A stretch of DNA of 64,000 nt from a virus, in IMG/VR virus record IMGVR_UViG_3300047553_000365, positions 32,001-96,000 of that record; one strand, given 5' to 3'. Of this stretch, positions 26,968 to 35,058 are shown piece by piece (position 1 is the first letter of the stretch; each line of letters begins with the position of its first letter). The notes below the pieces were generated by a model that was not told the DNA's origin, did not search any database, and was given only the letters and a program-made list of their open reading frames with translations. The translations under genes and the position numbers were made by a program.

Positions 26968-28620
26968 TTAAACTTCGACCATGTTTAGAATCTCTTGGTC
27001 AAGAGCTTCTTCCATGAGTTCGTAAGTGGTCTTAATCTTGCCGCTAAGGAAAGAGATAACGGATGCAGAGTATCCACCGAAGTAATACACATTAAGCGCA
27101 TTCTTACCAGTTTCAAACTTCTCACCAGTTCCCTTACCATAGTAGTTACTTTGGAGATTCCAAAGAACGATTACAAATTCATCAACATATTCCTTAGAGA
27201 ATCCTGCATTTCTAAGAGTAGTGCGAGCAGCATCCACATTAGTCTTATTCAAACTAGCAGGATTAAACTCACTATCACTAATGCACAGAATTCCACGGGG
27301 GAAATCAGATTCGGGAGTTCCTTGTTTCTTCATCTTGCAGAACAAGTTAATAACACTTTGGAAGTTGGTTGAACCAACAAATCCTGACTTATCATTCTTC
27401 CACTTGGAAGTAGGAGAATGACCATTCCACTTGTGAAGCTTTGCATCAGAATTGAATTCAATCCAATGTCCTGCGAAAGTTCCAGTAAGGAATTCACTAA
27501 AGTAAAGAGCAAGAGCCTTACCAATATCATAGCAAGTAGACTTAGTTCCAGTAGCAATGCTACCCATAGAACCAGAAGTGTCACGCACCACGATTAGGTT
27601 GGTATAGTTTTCACCTGCCTTAGCCTTATCAACAAGAGTTTGAAACTGCTTATCAATAGTAAGTTCCTTGTTAGAATCCCCTTGCCAATGACCTTCAAAG
27701 AGTTCATGGACAAATCCAGTATACTTAACAGCAGTAGTCTCAGGCTTCTTAATCCATTCAGAATACTTCTCACTAAGACCTTGATTCTTAAGGAACTTGC
27801 TCTTAACAAGAATCGACAATGCACGACCATGAATCTTACTAAAGTCGATATCCTTAAACTTACCTTGTGAGATAAGCTTTTGCCAATCGTGTGCAGATCC
27901 ACTAGTCTTAAGCTTACGATACTTCTTGTAGTTAGCAGGAGAAGTCTTGCTTCCAAACAGTAGATAACAAATCCACTTAGCAATTTGATTATTAGACTGT
28001 GCATCCACAGTAGTAGCTTGAGACTTAGCCTTGATTTGTGGAAGATACTTCTTCACAAGATCGCAGGTCTTATCATTATTAAGTGCAGCCAGAATCAGTT
28101 CACCAAACTTATCCCAATCCAATTGACGGTTTTCCCATCCATTGTAACTAAGATCATATTGCAGCATGGTAAACACATCATGCCATGAACCCACAGAAAC
28201 AAACAGCAGAATGTTATTCCAGAAAGAATCAGGAGAAACAGTGTGCAGCCAAATCATACGCATGATAGCTTCATGCTTAAGTTCAGTTCCAAGTTGAGGA
28301 TTCTTAGTCTTACTACCATCAGGCAGACTAACAATACGAGGAATGGTTCTAAGGAACAAAGTAAACTTTACTGCCTTAAGAGGATCTTCACCCCAAAGAG
28401 TAGATGCATCAGCAGCAATCTCAGAAAACTTGCGGGGAGTCTTGTAATTACCAGCCTTAGTAAATTGATCGACTAGCGTAGAGCCTGAAGATTTAAACTT
28501 CAATGCTCCATTACCAGAACGAGTCTTATTCGATTCTGCATTGGCATTAGCAAGAAACTCATTAACTTTTTTACGAGTCACTTTACGCACGGTTTCGGCT
28601 TGTCTTTTATTCTCAAACAT
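26968..28620 (-). CDS. TROVE/vWA protein (DUF2828-like, Ro60-related RNA-binding protein)
   Basis: N-terminal SGNGALKFKSSGSTLVDQF and GSWHD motifs; C-terminal vWA MIDAS VVRDTSGSM, GSTNF, CISDSEFN; 550 aa. Confidence 0.8.
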   Translation of the reverse strand: MFENKRQAETVRKVTRKKVNEFLANANAESNKTRSGNGALKFKSSGSTLVDQFTKAGNYKTPRKFSEIAADASTLWGEDPLKAVKFTLFLRTIPRIVSLPDGSKTKNPQLGTELKHEAIMRMIWLHTVSPDSFWNNILLFVSVGSWHDVFTMLQYDLSYNGWENRQLDWDKFGELILAALNNDKTCDLVKKYLPQIKAKSQATTVDAQSNNQIAKWICYLLFGSKTSPANYKKYRKLKTSGSAHDWQKLISQGKFKDIDFSKIHGRALSILVKSKFLKNQGLSEKYSEWIKKPETTAVKYTGFVHELFEGHWQGDSNKELTIDKQFQTLVDKAKAGENYTNLIVVRDTSGSMGSIATGTKSTCYDIGKALALYFSEFLTGTFAGHWIEFNSDAKLHKWNGHSPTSKWKNDKSGFVGSTNFQSVINLFCKMKKQGTPESDFPRGILCISDSEFNPASLNKTNVDAARTTLRNAGFSKEYVDEFVIVLWNLQSNYYGKGTGEKFETGKNALNVYYFGGYSASVISFLSGKIKTTYELMEEALDQEILNMVEV

Positions 28621-28626
28621 ATTAGT

Positions 28627-28654
28627 ATTTTAGTTTATTTTTTCGATTTGTCAA
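28627..28654 (-). promoter_or_regulatory. sigma70-type promoter of the TROVE gene (leaderless)
   Basis: TTGACA-N16-TAAAAT, 6 nt to ATG 28620. Confidence 0.6.
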
Positions 28655-28685
28655 TAGGCTTTTCGATTTTTTCTTTCGATGCCAC

Positions 28686-28706
28686 AGTATATTACGGTTT
28701 TAATTA
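28686..28706 (-). promoter_or_regulatory. phage promoter motif copy 18
   Basis: TAATTAAAACCG-TAA-TATACT; about 60-nt leader to the TROVE ATG. Confidence 0.75.
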
Positions 28707-28717
28707 CTATCTTATTT

Positions 28718-29458
28718 CTAATATAACCATAAATCTTCCTCACTTGTAATAGCACCAAACAAGAAATCATTAATAGAAAGGTAATCAGTTAGGTTATAAT
28801 TATCACCTTTAGTTGGCGACCACCATGACCCATTTCTTTGTTGGTCAGAGCATTCATCCTCCCAACTGTGTCCAATCTTTTTAAGCATTTCTTTTTGATC
28901 TGCTCTACCTTGTCCATGTAATTCTTTAGGAGAAAAATGAGACAGGCAAAACATAGAGATACTATTTCTTTCCCAATCCTTAACTCTCCATAGAAAGACA
29001 TTGGCAACATCTTCTTTCGGACATTGAAATGCTCTAGCATCAAACACAGCAGGATTATATGATCCGATATTAAATCTACCATTATCCCAATTCAAACATG
29101 TCCAAGTTTTATTGAAGTAGGCAGTCATTAGTGCAGCAGTAACAGATTCAATCTTATTCTGTCTACCACCGAACCATTGTTGAGTTTCAATACTACCACT
29201 ATCATCCAACACAAAAGTTACTTCATCACTTTGAACATACAATCCTTTACAGTTTTGCATTTCCTTAGCAACATACTTAGCAGAAATAAACATAGCATTG
29301 ATTAACTTCGTATCAAAAGGTTTATCGCAACCTTTAGTCCAAGTATGAAATGCCTTACCATCTACTCTAACAAGGATAGGAACCTTGGGAGTAAAGTAAT
29401 GTTCACTGATAGATTCGTAGTGTTTGATTCTATCACCTAATGTATCTTTGCTATTCAT
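28718..29458 (-). CDS. thg1: tRNA(His) guanylyltransferase Thg1-like 3'-5' polymerase
   Basis: RVDGKAFHTWT, YVQSDEVT, FDAR and WRVKDWERNSI motifs. Confidence 0.9.
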   Translation of the reverse strand: MNSKDTLGDRIKHYESISEHYFTPKVPILVRVDGKAFHTWTKGCDKPFDTKLINAMFISAKYVAKEMQNCKGLYVQSDEVTFVLDDSGSIETQQWFGGRQNKIESVTAALMTAYFNKTWTCLNWDNGRFNIGSYNPAVFDARAFQCPKEDVANVFLWRVKDWERNSISMFCLSHFSPKELHGQGRADQKEMLKKIGHSWEDECSDQQRNGSWWSPTKGDNYNLTDYLSINDFLFGAITSEEDLWLY

Positions 29459-29492
29459 TTTTAATAATTTCTGCTACATTTATAATGGAAAA

Positions 29493-29630
29493 GGTGGGTG
29501 GGATATCCCAATAGCTTCATATACCTACTGAATCGAACAGTCCTTATATCATTATAGAAGAATGATATCGTGCAATTACTAGTATTTTTAAGCCCGTGAA
29601 CACTCAAGTATAGAGGCTATTGCCACCCAT
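29493..29630 (-). ncRNA. tRNA-like structured element upstream of thg1
   Basis: Outer stems GGGTGG/CCACCC, CAATAGC/GCTATTG and TATAC/GTATA; hairpin ATATCATT-CTTCTAT-AATGATAT; T-arm-like ACTG-TTCGATT-CAGT. Confidence 0.55.
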
Positions 29631-29639
29631 TAAAATTTA

Positions 29640-29981
29640 TTATTGAAGTTCATCAAGGTCTTGATATTCTTCCACGGTGTAGGTGAACTCAATATTGTCA
29701 GGATTAACATCCTTAAAGTAACGAATAGCCCTGTCTTGAATTCTAGTAAGAGCATCCAACACAATCACCCTGCGTTCAGGAACTTTAGGAAGTTGATAGC
29801 TGTCTGCCATAGCTCTAGCCATAGCAATCTTCAAACCATCTGCTTTATTAAAGCGATCATAGACGGTATTAAGAAGAGAGAAGCCATAACGAACTTCATC
29901 ACCATTACGAACTGCGATAACAACACCACGGGGTTGCCTAGTCTTTTCATCGCGAATGTATTCTTTAATTACGGTTTGCAT
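29640..29981 (-). CDS. hypothetical protein
   Basis: 113 aa ORF after a promoter motif. Confidence 0.7.
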   Translation of the reverse strand: MQTVIKEYIRDEKTRQPRGVVIAVRNGDEVRYGFSLLNTVYDRFNKADGLKIAMARAMADSYQLPKVPERRVIVLDALTRIQDRAIRYFKDVNPDNIEFTYTVEEYQDLDELQ

Positions 29982-30009
29982 ATATGTATTTTGTTTTTGT
30001 TGTGACCAT

Positions 30010-30030
30010 AGTATAGGTCGGTTTTAATTA
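30010..30030 (-). promoter_or_regulatory. phage promoter motif copy 19
   Basis: TAATTAAAACCG-ACC-TATACT; short leader to ATG 29981. Confidence 0.75.
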
Positions 30031-31128
30031 CAAATCTATTTTGTGAAATTGATAATATAATCCAATTTGTGCAGCAATCATAAGTATAAAGGCAGTAATA
30101 ACCCATCCAGTAGGAATTAGAAATGCTGTATCTCTATACATTGTCCAATCATGCGGTCTAAAATCTCTTCGCACAATTCTCTTGATATCAGGAATGATAT
30201 CATCATTCACGGGTTTATCAAGTAAAAGTGTTTGTAAATTTTGCTTTACGAGTTCAGACTTTGACCATCCGAAAACATAACACCATTCCGCAGGTTTAGT
30301 TGGTTCTCCACCATAGCAGATAACGATATCATTTTTCTTACCATTCTTCCAATATGCTTGTAGATTCTTAGCCTGTTCAATTCCATTAGGAAGTTTAACT
30401 AGAATAAGGTTAATATGTTTTTCCGCACCCAAGGCAGCATTCATCTTATCCCAATCCCAAATAGTCATTTCCGTATTACCTACTAGACGAGAAGAACAGA
30501 AGGTATTATTTTCAGGATATGAAAAGAGTCTTAACTTTCTTGCTTCCTGTTCAGAAATATCTTTATATGAATAAAGGTTTTCAGTTCCAATCAAAGGGTT
30601 TTGCCAACTGTTTGTTAATGTAACAGGATAGTCACAATACTCTGGATCGTCTTTAACATAGCTGAAGTAATCATTTCTATCACCAGAATCATAATCAGGT
30701 CTATGTCCCGGCTTGGAAACTATACCATGTTTCTTGGAGATTTGTTTAAAGAAGTTCTCTGATATACTAATATCTCCAATAGTAGTTTCAACCCACCACT
30801 TAGGATAATGCGTTTCATGTCTAGTCACCCACCTAGTATGAGTTTCAGTATTTCCCTCACTATCAGTTGTAGTGTATGTTTCAAGTTCCTCCCATTCTGC
30901 TTCCCATCTTGGAATATGAACAGCAGTTACAACCCTACCAGATAAAGTCTCTGTGTCAGATTTAACACTACATTCCGATACTCCAAGAACAAACATGATA
31001 AGGACTAGAGCAGTTCCAACACTAACACCAGCCTCTTTAATACTGATAGTTGAGAACTTCATCCATGAAATAACCCCCGCAATAACGGGGATTATCATTA
31101 GAACAAATAGCCAGTATCCGTAAGTCAT
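30028..31128 (-). CDS. membrane protein with large extracytoplasmic domain
   Basis: Two N-terminal and one C-terminal TM helices; 366 aa. Confidence 0.75.
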   Translation of the reverse strand: MTYGYWLFVLMIIPVIAGVISWMKFSTISIKEAGVSVGTALVLIMFVLGVSECSVKSDTETLSGRVVTAVHIPRWEAEWEELETYTTTDSEGNTETHTRWVTRHETHYPKWWVETTIGDISISENFFKQISKKHGIVSKPGHRPDYDSGDRNDYFSYVKDDPEYCDYPVTLTNSWQNPLIGTENLYSYKDISEQEARKLRLFSYPENNTFCSSRLVGNTEMTIWDWDKMNAALGAEKHINLILVKLPNGIEQAKNLQAYWKNGKKNDIVICYGGEPTKPAEWCYVFGWSKSELVKQNLQTLLLDKPVNDDIIPDIKRIVRRDFRPHDWTMYRDTAFLIPTGWVITAFILMIAAQIGLYYQFHKIDL

Positions 31129-31129
31129 A

Positions 31130-31687
31130 TTACTTTACCCATTCGGTGTTATCTTCTCCAGTCCTAAAGTTTTCCTTAGTTTCAGCAGAAGTTACAATAA
31201 CCACTTCAATCTCTTTCTTTCCAAGGAACTTCAAAATCATTCCAGTAGGAAACATATTAATCATATCATCTGCTTGTCGTTTAATTTCCAATAGACGAGT
31301 CTGGGAAAATTGCCAATCCTTACGACCTGCCACAACAATGTTTTGTAGGTTCTTAAGAGTTTCAATTCTCTGAATAGATGGCACAGCTTCCGTTACCATT
31401 CCAACAGTTACCAATGCACCATCCCCAGCAGTATTACCCCCACGCGCATTAGCATAACCAGTAATGATATTAGTTAGTGCTTCCACTTCCTTATCGGAAA
31501 CATTTGCAGCTTCCTTAATTTGTTTTCGGGTATTATCCAAAACATTTTGGTTATCTACCTGAGTTGCTTTTGCTAGATTTTCCAATCTGGTATAACTATT
31601 AAAGCTACCAATTACTGAAAATAGGAGAATGATTCCAAGTAGAAGCACACCCCCCACGACTGTTCCTGCGATTATTAGTTTATTCAT
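31130..31687 (-). CDS. membrane-anchored helical protein (LemA-like)
   Basis: N-terminal TM helix, SFNSYTRLENL, helical body; 185 aa. Confidence 0.5.
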   Translation of the reverse strand: MNKLIIAGTVVGGVLLLGIILLFSVIGSFNSYTRLENLAKATQVDNQNVLDNTRKQIKEAANVSDKEVEALTNIITGYANARGGNTAGDGALVTVGMVTEAVPSIQRIETLKNLQNIVVAGRKDWQFSQTRLLEIKRQADDMINMFPTGMILKFLGKKEIEVVIVTSAETKENFRTGEDNTEWVK

Positions 31688-31693
31688 ATGTGT

Positions 31694-31714
31694 ATTGTAT
31701 TTCGGTTTTAATTA
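31694..31714 (-). promoter_or_regulatory. phage promoter motif copy 20
   Basis: TAATTAAAACCG-AAA-TACAAT, 6 nt to ATG 31687. Confidence 0.8.
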
Positions 31715-32185
31715 AATTTTTGCAAGTTTGTTTTTAATTTCTACTAACCAAGCATCGTAGTTATTAAACACTGGAATTCCGTAACGCTGACAAACAATGT
31801 CTACATTACCCTTTCTCCAGAATTCATCAGGACAACATACAACCACTGATCTAGTATTTGCATACAGTCCAAGTTCCAGTAATGAAATAGGAGACTTAGT
31901 ATTAGGATCAAAATACAAAGCAATAATGTCTGCCTTATTAAGATGATCTAATTCCCAAGTTACCTGTTCATAGAATTGTGGATTGTTGAGTTCTTGTTTC
32001 CAAGAAGAATCCCAATCGTCTCTACGAGGATTGAAAAATAGAATGTCATATCTCTTAAAATCATTAAGAATTTTGGATTGCCAATTTTCAGCAGCTCCCA
32101 TTTCAATAGAACCTGCTAAGAAAATAGAAGGCCATCTACTAGACTTCTCAGGGATAGCTCTGTTCGGTGCTTGTATTTCTTTCAT
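31712..32185 (-). CDS. nucleoside 2-deoxyribosyltransferase-like protein
   Basis: IFLAGSI, NPRR, QVTWEL and TKSPISLLELG motifs; start moved to MKEIQAP. Confidence 0.85.
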   Translation of the reverse strand: MKEIQAPNRAIPEKSSRWPSIFLAGSIEMGAAENWQSKILNDFKRYDILFFNPRRDDWDSSWKQELNNPQFYEQVTWELDHLNKADIIALYFDPNTKSPISLLELGLYANTRSVVVCCPDEFWRKGNVDIVCQRYGIPVFNNYDAWLVEIKNKLAKI

Positions 32186-32189
32186 ATCA

Positions 32190-32495
32190 TCAGATAAATT
32201 GTTTAACGATTGCTCCAATAACGATTGCGGCAGTAGGTTTAGCAATACCAATAGAAACGGTATGAATCACCGATTCCAGATAAGACCTATCATCCTTCAA
32301 ATCTTCTTTTTTAATTTGATAAGTAAGATATTGTGCAATCATAATTACTCCAATAGCCTGTGCAACACTAAGAGGACTTAGAGGAAACATAGGAACTAGA
32401 AACCATTCCCACAATAGAGAGAATGCATATCCACTATATATGGTGAATAGAACATATAGAACTACTCCAAATACGATTTTAAGTAATGTTTTCAT
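32190..32495 (-). CDS. small membrane protein
   Basis: Three hydrophobic segments. Confidence 0.65.
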   Translation of the reverse strand: MKTLLKIVFGVVLYVLFTIYSGYAFSLLWEWFLVPMFPLSPLSVAQAIGVIMIAQYLTYQIKKEDLKDDRSYLESVIHTVSIGIAKPTAAIVIGAIVKQFI

Positions 32496-32499
32496 ATGA

Positions 32500-34107
32500 T
32501 TAAAAGTTCTTTGCTACAGTTGCACGAATCTCTGCCAAAGTGTATTCCTTGGTAAGCTTACCATTAGAGAACACTTGCTTGAATGCACAGTTCTTAACTT
32601 CATCCCAAGTTGCTTGATCCTTAAGAATAAAGTTACCATCATCTTCATAGACAGCAGTAAGACCCTTTGCGGATTTCTTAAGACCACTATCAGTCTTAGG
32701 ATCTTTAAAGATTTCAATGCCCACAGTCTTACCACCCTTAAGGACTTCTCCATAAGTAGACTTAACTGCAAATCCATGAGTATCACGGGTAATGATTGCA
32801 TCAGGAGTAACAGCCCCTTGATAGGTAAAGCTACCAATACCATACACAAGGTTAGTGGATGCAAATCCCTTAGCAGCAAGACGCTCACAAATTTCCTTGG
32901 CACGATCAATAGTAATACTATCTCCGTAGATAGCACCAATATGAGAATCAAGTTGCTTATAACCAGTAGAAGTAGTAGTTCCACCGAAGATTTCCCACAG
33001 ACATTGGATCATACCTTTAATTTCATTTTCGGTAAGATCAGCCCTTTCTCCAAGCTTTCCATTGTCGTTATATCTGTATGCGCCATTAGGCATTTTGATT
33101 AGATCGTATTTGTTCCAATCATCGCTTTCAAAGTCTCCAATAGTATATCCAGTAACAATCTTCACTGGATCACCACTATCAGGACGAATAACAACCTTAC
33201 CATCACGATTCATGATGATATCTTTAAGTTGCTTACAGATACCATTAACGGGATCAACAACATTCCAGAAGTCCCAAGTATCACTAACAATGCTAACAAT
33301 TCCAGCAGGATAGATTTCAGAAATCAAACGCTTAAAGGTTCCAACTTCATCTTCCAATCCACCCATACACATAACGCTGTGTTCCGTAGCACTAACACTA
33401 CCACCCACAAGTTCTTTATCACTATCAGCACCATAGTATTGCTCCAAGAAATCAATAGCAGGAACAGTATCAGTTCCAGTAAAGGATAACAAGTGAGCAG
33501 CACCCGACATAGTAGCAGCCTCTAATCCAAAGTGACCACGAAAACTAAAGTCATGACCCTGCCAAGGAACAAACTCAATCATTTCAGGATTGGTTTTCTT
33601 AGCCCAAGTATTAAAGATCTTACGATAGATCAATGCAGTAGTTGCGCTAGTGCATGGACCCCAAACAGTTGTGCTAATAATAGTTTCAATGGCATTAGTA
33701 AACCAGAAGAAACGAGGATCAGTATTATACATCACAAACATTGGAACACGAAGATTAACATTAGAACCTTCTGGCAATGCCCAAATCTCAAGAGGAATAT
33801 AACCCAATGCATGAAGATCACGAATATGTTGCTCTCCAATACCATTAGGCCCAAGGTAGTTATTCAGTCTACGAGTATAAGCCTTAACAACTTCTTCAAC
33901 ATCCTTTTGGAAGAAGTTCTTATTCCAGTCATTAATCAAATATTCCTTAATGAAATATTGCAGACCGAAAAGAATAACCTTGTTAAGTCCTTGAACACGA
34001 CTACCACGGGCAGTCATATTAGAAAAGACCATTTGGCTATTACTAGGGTATTGGCGGCGATGGTCACACTTGTAACCATCATATAGTAGATGCGGGTTGT
34101 TTTTCAT
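32500..34107 (-). CDS. nadV: nicotinamide phosphoribosyltransferase-like protein (Nampt/NadV; probable NARP1 Namat)
   Basis: DGYKCDH, HDFSFRG, ATEHSVM, SIVSDTWD, IRPDSGDP, IYGDSIT and KKSAKG motifs. Confidence 0.92.
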   Translation of the reverse strand: MKNNPHLLYDGYKCDHRRQYPSNSQMVFSNMTARGSRVQGLNKVILFGLQYFIKEYLINDWNKNFFQKDVEEVVKAYTRRLNNYLGPNGIGEQHIRDLHALGYIPLEIWALPEGSNVNLRVPMFVMYNTDPRFFWFTNAIETIISTTVWGPCTSATTALIYRKIFNTWAKKTNPEMIEFVPWQGHDFSFRGHFGLEAATMSGAAHLLSFTGTDTVPAIDFLEQYYGADSDKELVGGSVSATEHSVMCMGGLEDEVGTFKRLISEIYPAGIVSIVSDTWDFWNVVDPVNGICKQLKDIIMNRDGKVVIRPDSGDPVKIVTGYTIGDFESDDWNKYDLIKMPNGAYRYNDNGKLGERADLTENEIKGMIQCLWEIFGGTTTSTGYKQLDSHIGAIYGDSITIDRAKEICERLAAKGFASTNLVYGIGSFTYQGAVTPDAIITRDTHGFAVKSTYGEVLKGGKTVGIEIFKDPKTDSGLKKSAKGLTAVYEDDGNFILKDQATWDEVKNCAFKQVFSNGKLTKEYTLAEIRATVAKNF

Positions 34108-34116
34108 ATTTTTATT

Positions 34117-34326
34117 TTAGAGTTTTTTATTAAGTATTTGTTTTTCGTGTTGAAGCATTTTAAATCTTTGAGAATATGCCCATCTGACAATCTTCAAATC
34201 TTTATTCGTAAGACCATTATTAAGATTCGATGTTAGACAGTCCATAATCAGCTTTTGGTTTTCTTTTAATTCTTGTCCAGATTTATTCAAACCTTCAAGT
34301 TTTTTCAGTATCTCGTCTCGATTCAT
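34117..34326 (-). CDS. hypothetical protein
   Basis: 69 aa; ATG 6 nt after a promoter motif. Confidence 0.6.
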   Translation of the reverse strand: MNRDEILKKLEGLNKSGQELKENQKLIMDCLTSNLNNGLTNKDLKIVRWAYSQRFKMLQHEKQILNKKL

Positions 34327-34332
34327 GTGGTA

Positions 34333-34353
34333 ATGATATCTCGGTTTTAATTA
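34333..34353 (-). promoter_or_regulatory. phage promoter motif copy 21
   Basis: TAATTAAAACCG-AGA-TATCAT, 6 nt to ATG 34326. Confidence 0.8.
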
Positions 34354-35045
34354 CTCACTATCTTCCTCATCATCTTCATCTTCATCAATATATTCAAGCT
34401 TACCAGTAGTTGATTCTCTCTATAATATTCAGGAATTTCTTCATACTTTAACATTACTGCAAATCTAATAGGATCATCAATTTCGATTTCAATGATTTCT
34501 CCATCCTTAATAATAAAGTGTCCATAATTACTACCGATATCTTCATCGGCATACTTCACTTCAATACTTTCTTCTGGAAACATCTTAGACAGCTTTTCAA
34601 TTACTGGTCTAGGAGTTGCCCACGCAGTATCAAATTTAACATGATCCCCATGATTAACAAAGTCATAAGCATTCCACTTAGTTCCCCAATTATCAATACT
34701 CCACTCATACCAAGAAGTGTAACCAGTTTCCTTCTTGGCCTTAATCATATTGATAAGATTTTCGATTCTCTTATCATCCCAATTCTTAATCGCACCATCC
34801 TTTAAGGAATTGATCTTATTAGAATAAGCAATATTTTCAAAAATTCCACCATCCTTTATCTTAAGTCCATCAAACAATACTTCGACAATATCAACAGCAT
34901 GAAATTCACACTGAACATCTTTAAGGATTTTCGGCATGGGTATGATCTTGCTAAAGTCCACACATTGAGTTCCATCCTCTTCTGAGAGTAATGCATTCAA
35001 CACATTCTCGGAAGCTTTAATTATAGTAGTAATATGGTTAGGCAT
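34347..35045 (-). CDS. YubB/DUF1281-like ferredoxin-fold protein, possible frameshift near 34411
   Basis: MPNHI start, DFSKIIPMP, WYEWSIDNWGTKWNA and FDTAWATP motifs. Confidence 0.75.
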   Translation of the reverse strand: MPNHITTIIKASENVLNALLSEEDGTQCVDFSKIIPMPKILKDVQCEFHAVDIVEVLFDGLKIKDGGIFENIAYSNKINSLKDGAIKNWDDKRIENLINMIKAKKETGYTSWYEWSIDNWGTKWNAYDFVNHGDHVKFDTAWATPRPVIEKLSKMFPEESIEVKYADEDIGSNYGHFIIKDGEIIEIEIDDPIRFAVMLKYEEIPEYYRENQLLVSLNILMKMKMMRKIVSN

Positions 35046-35058
35046 AATTTTAGTTTTC

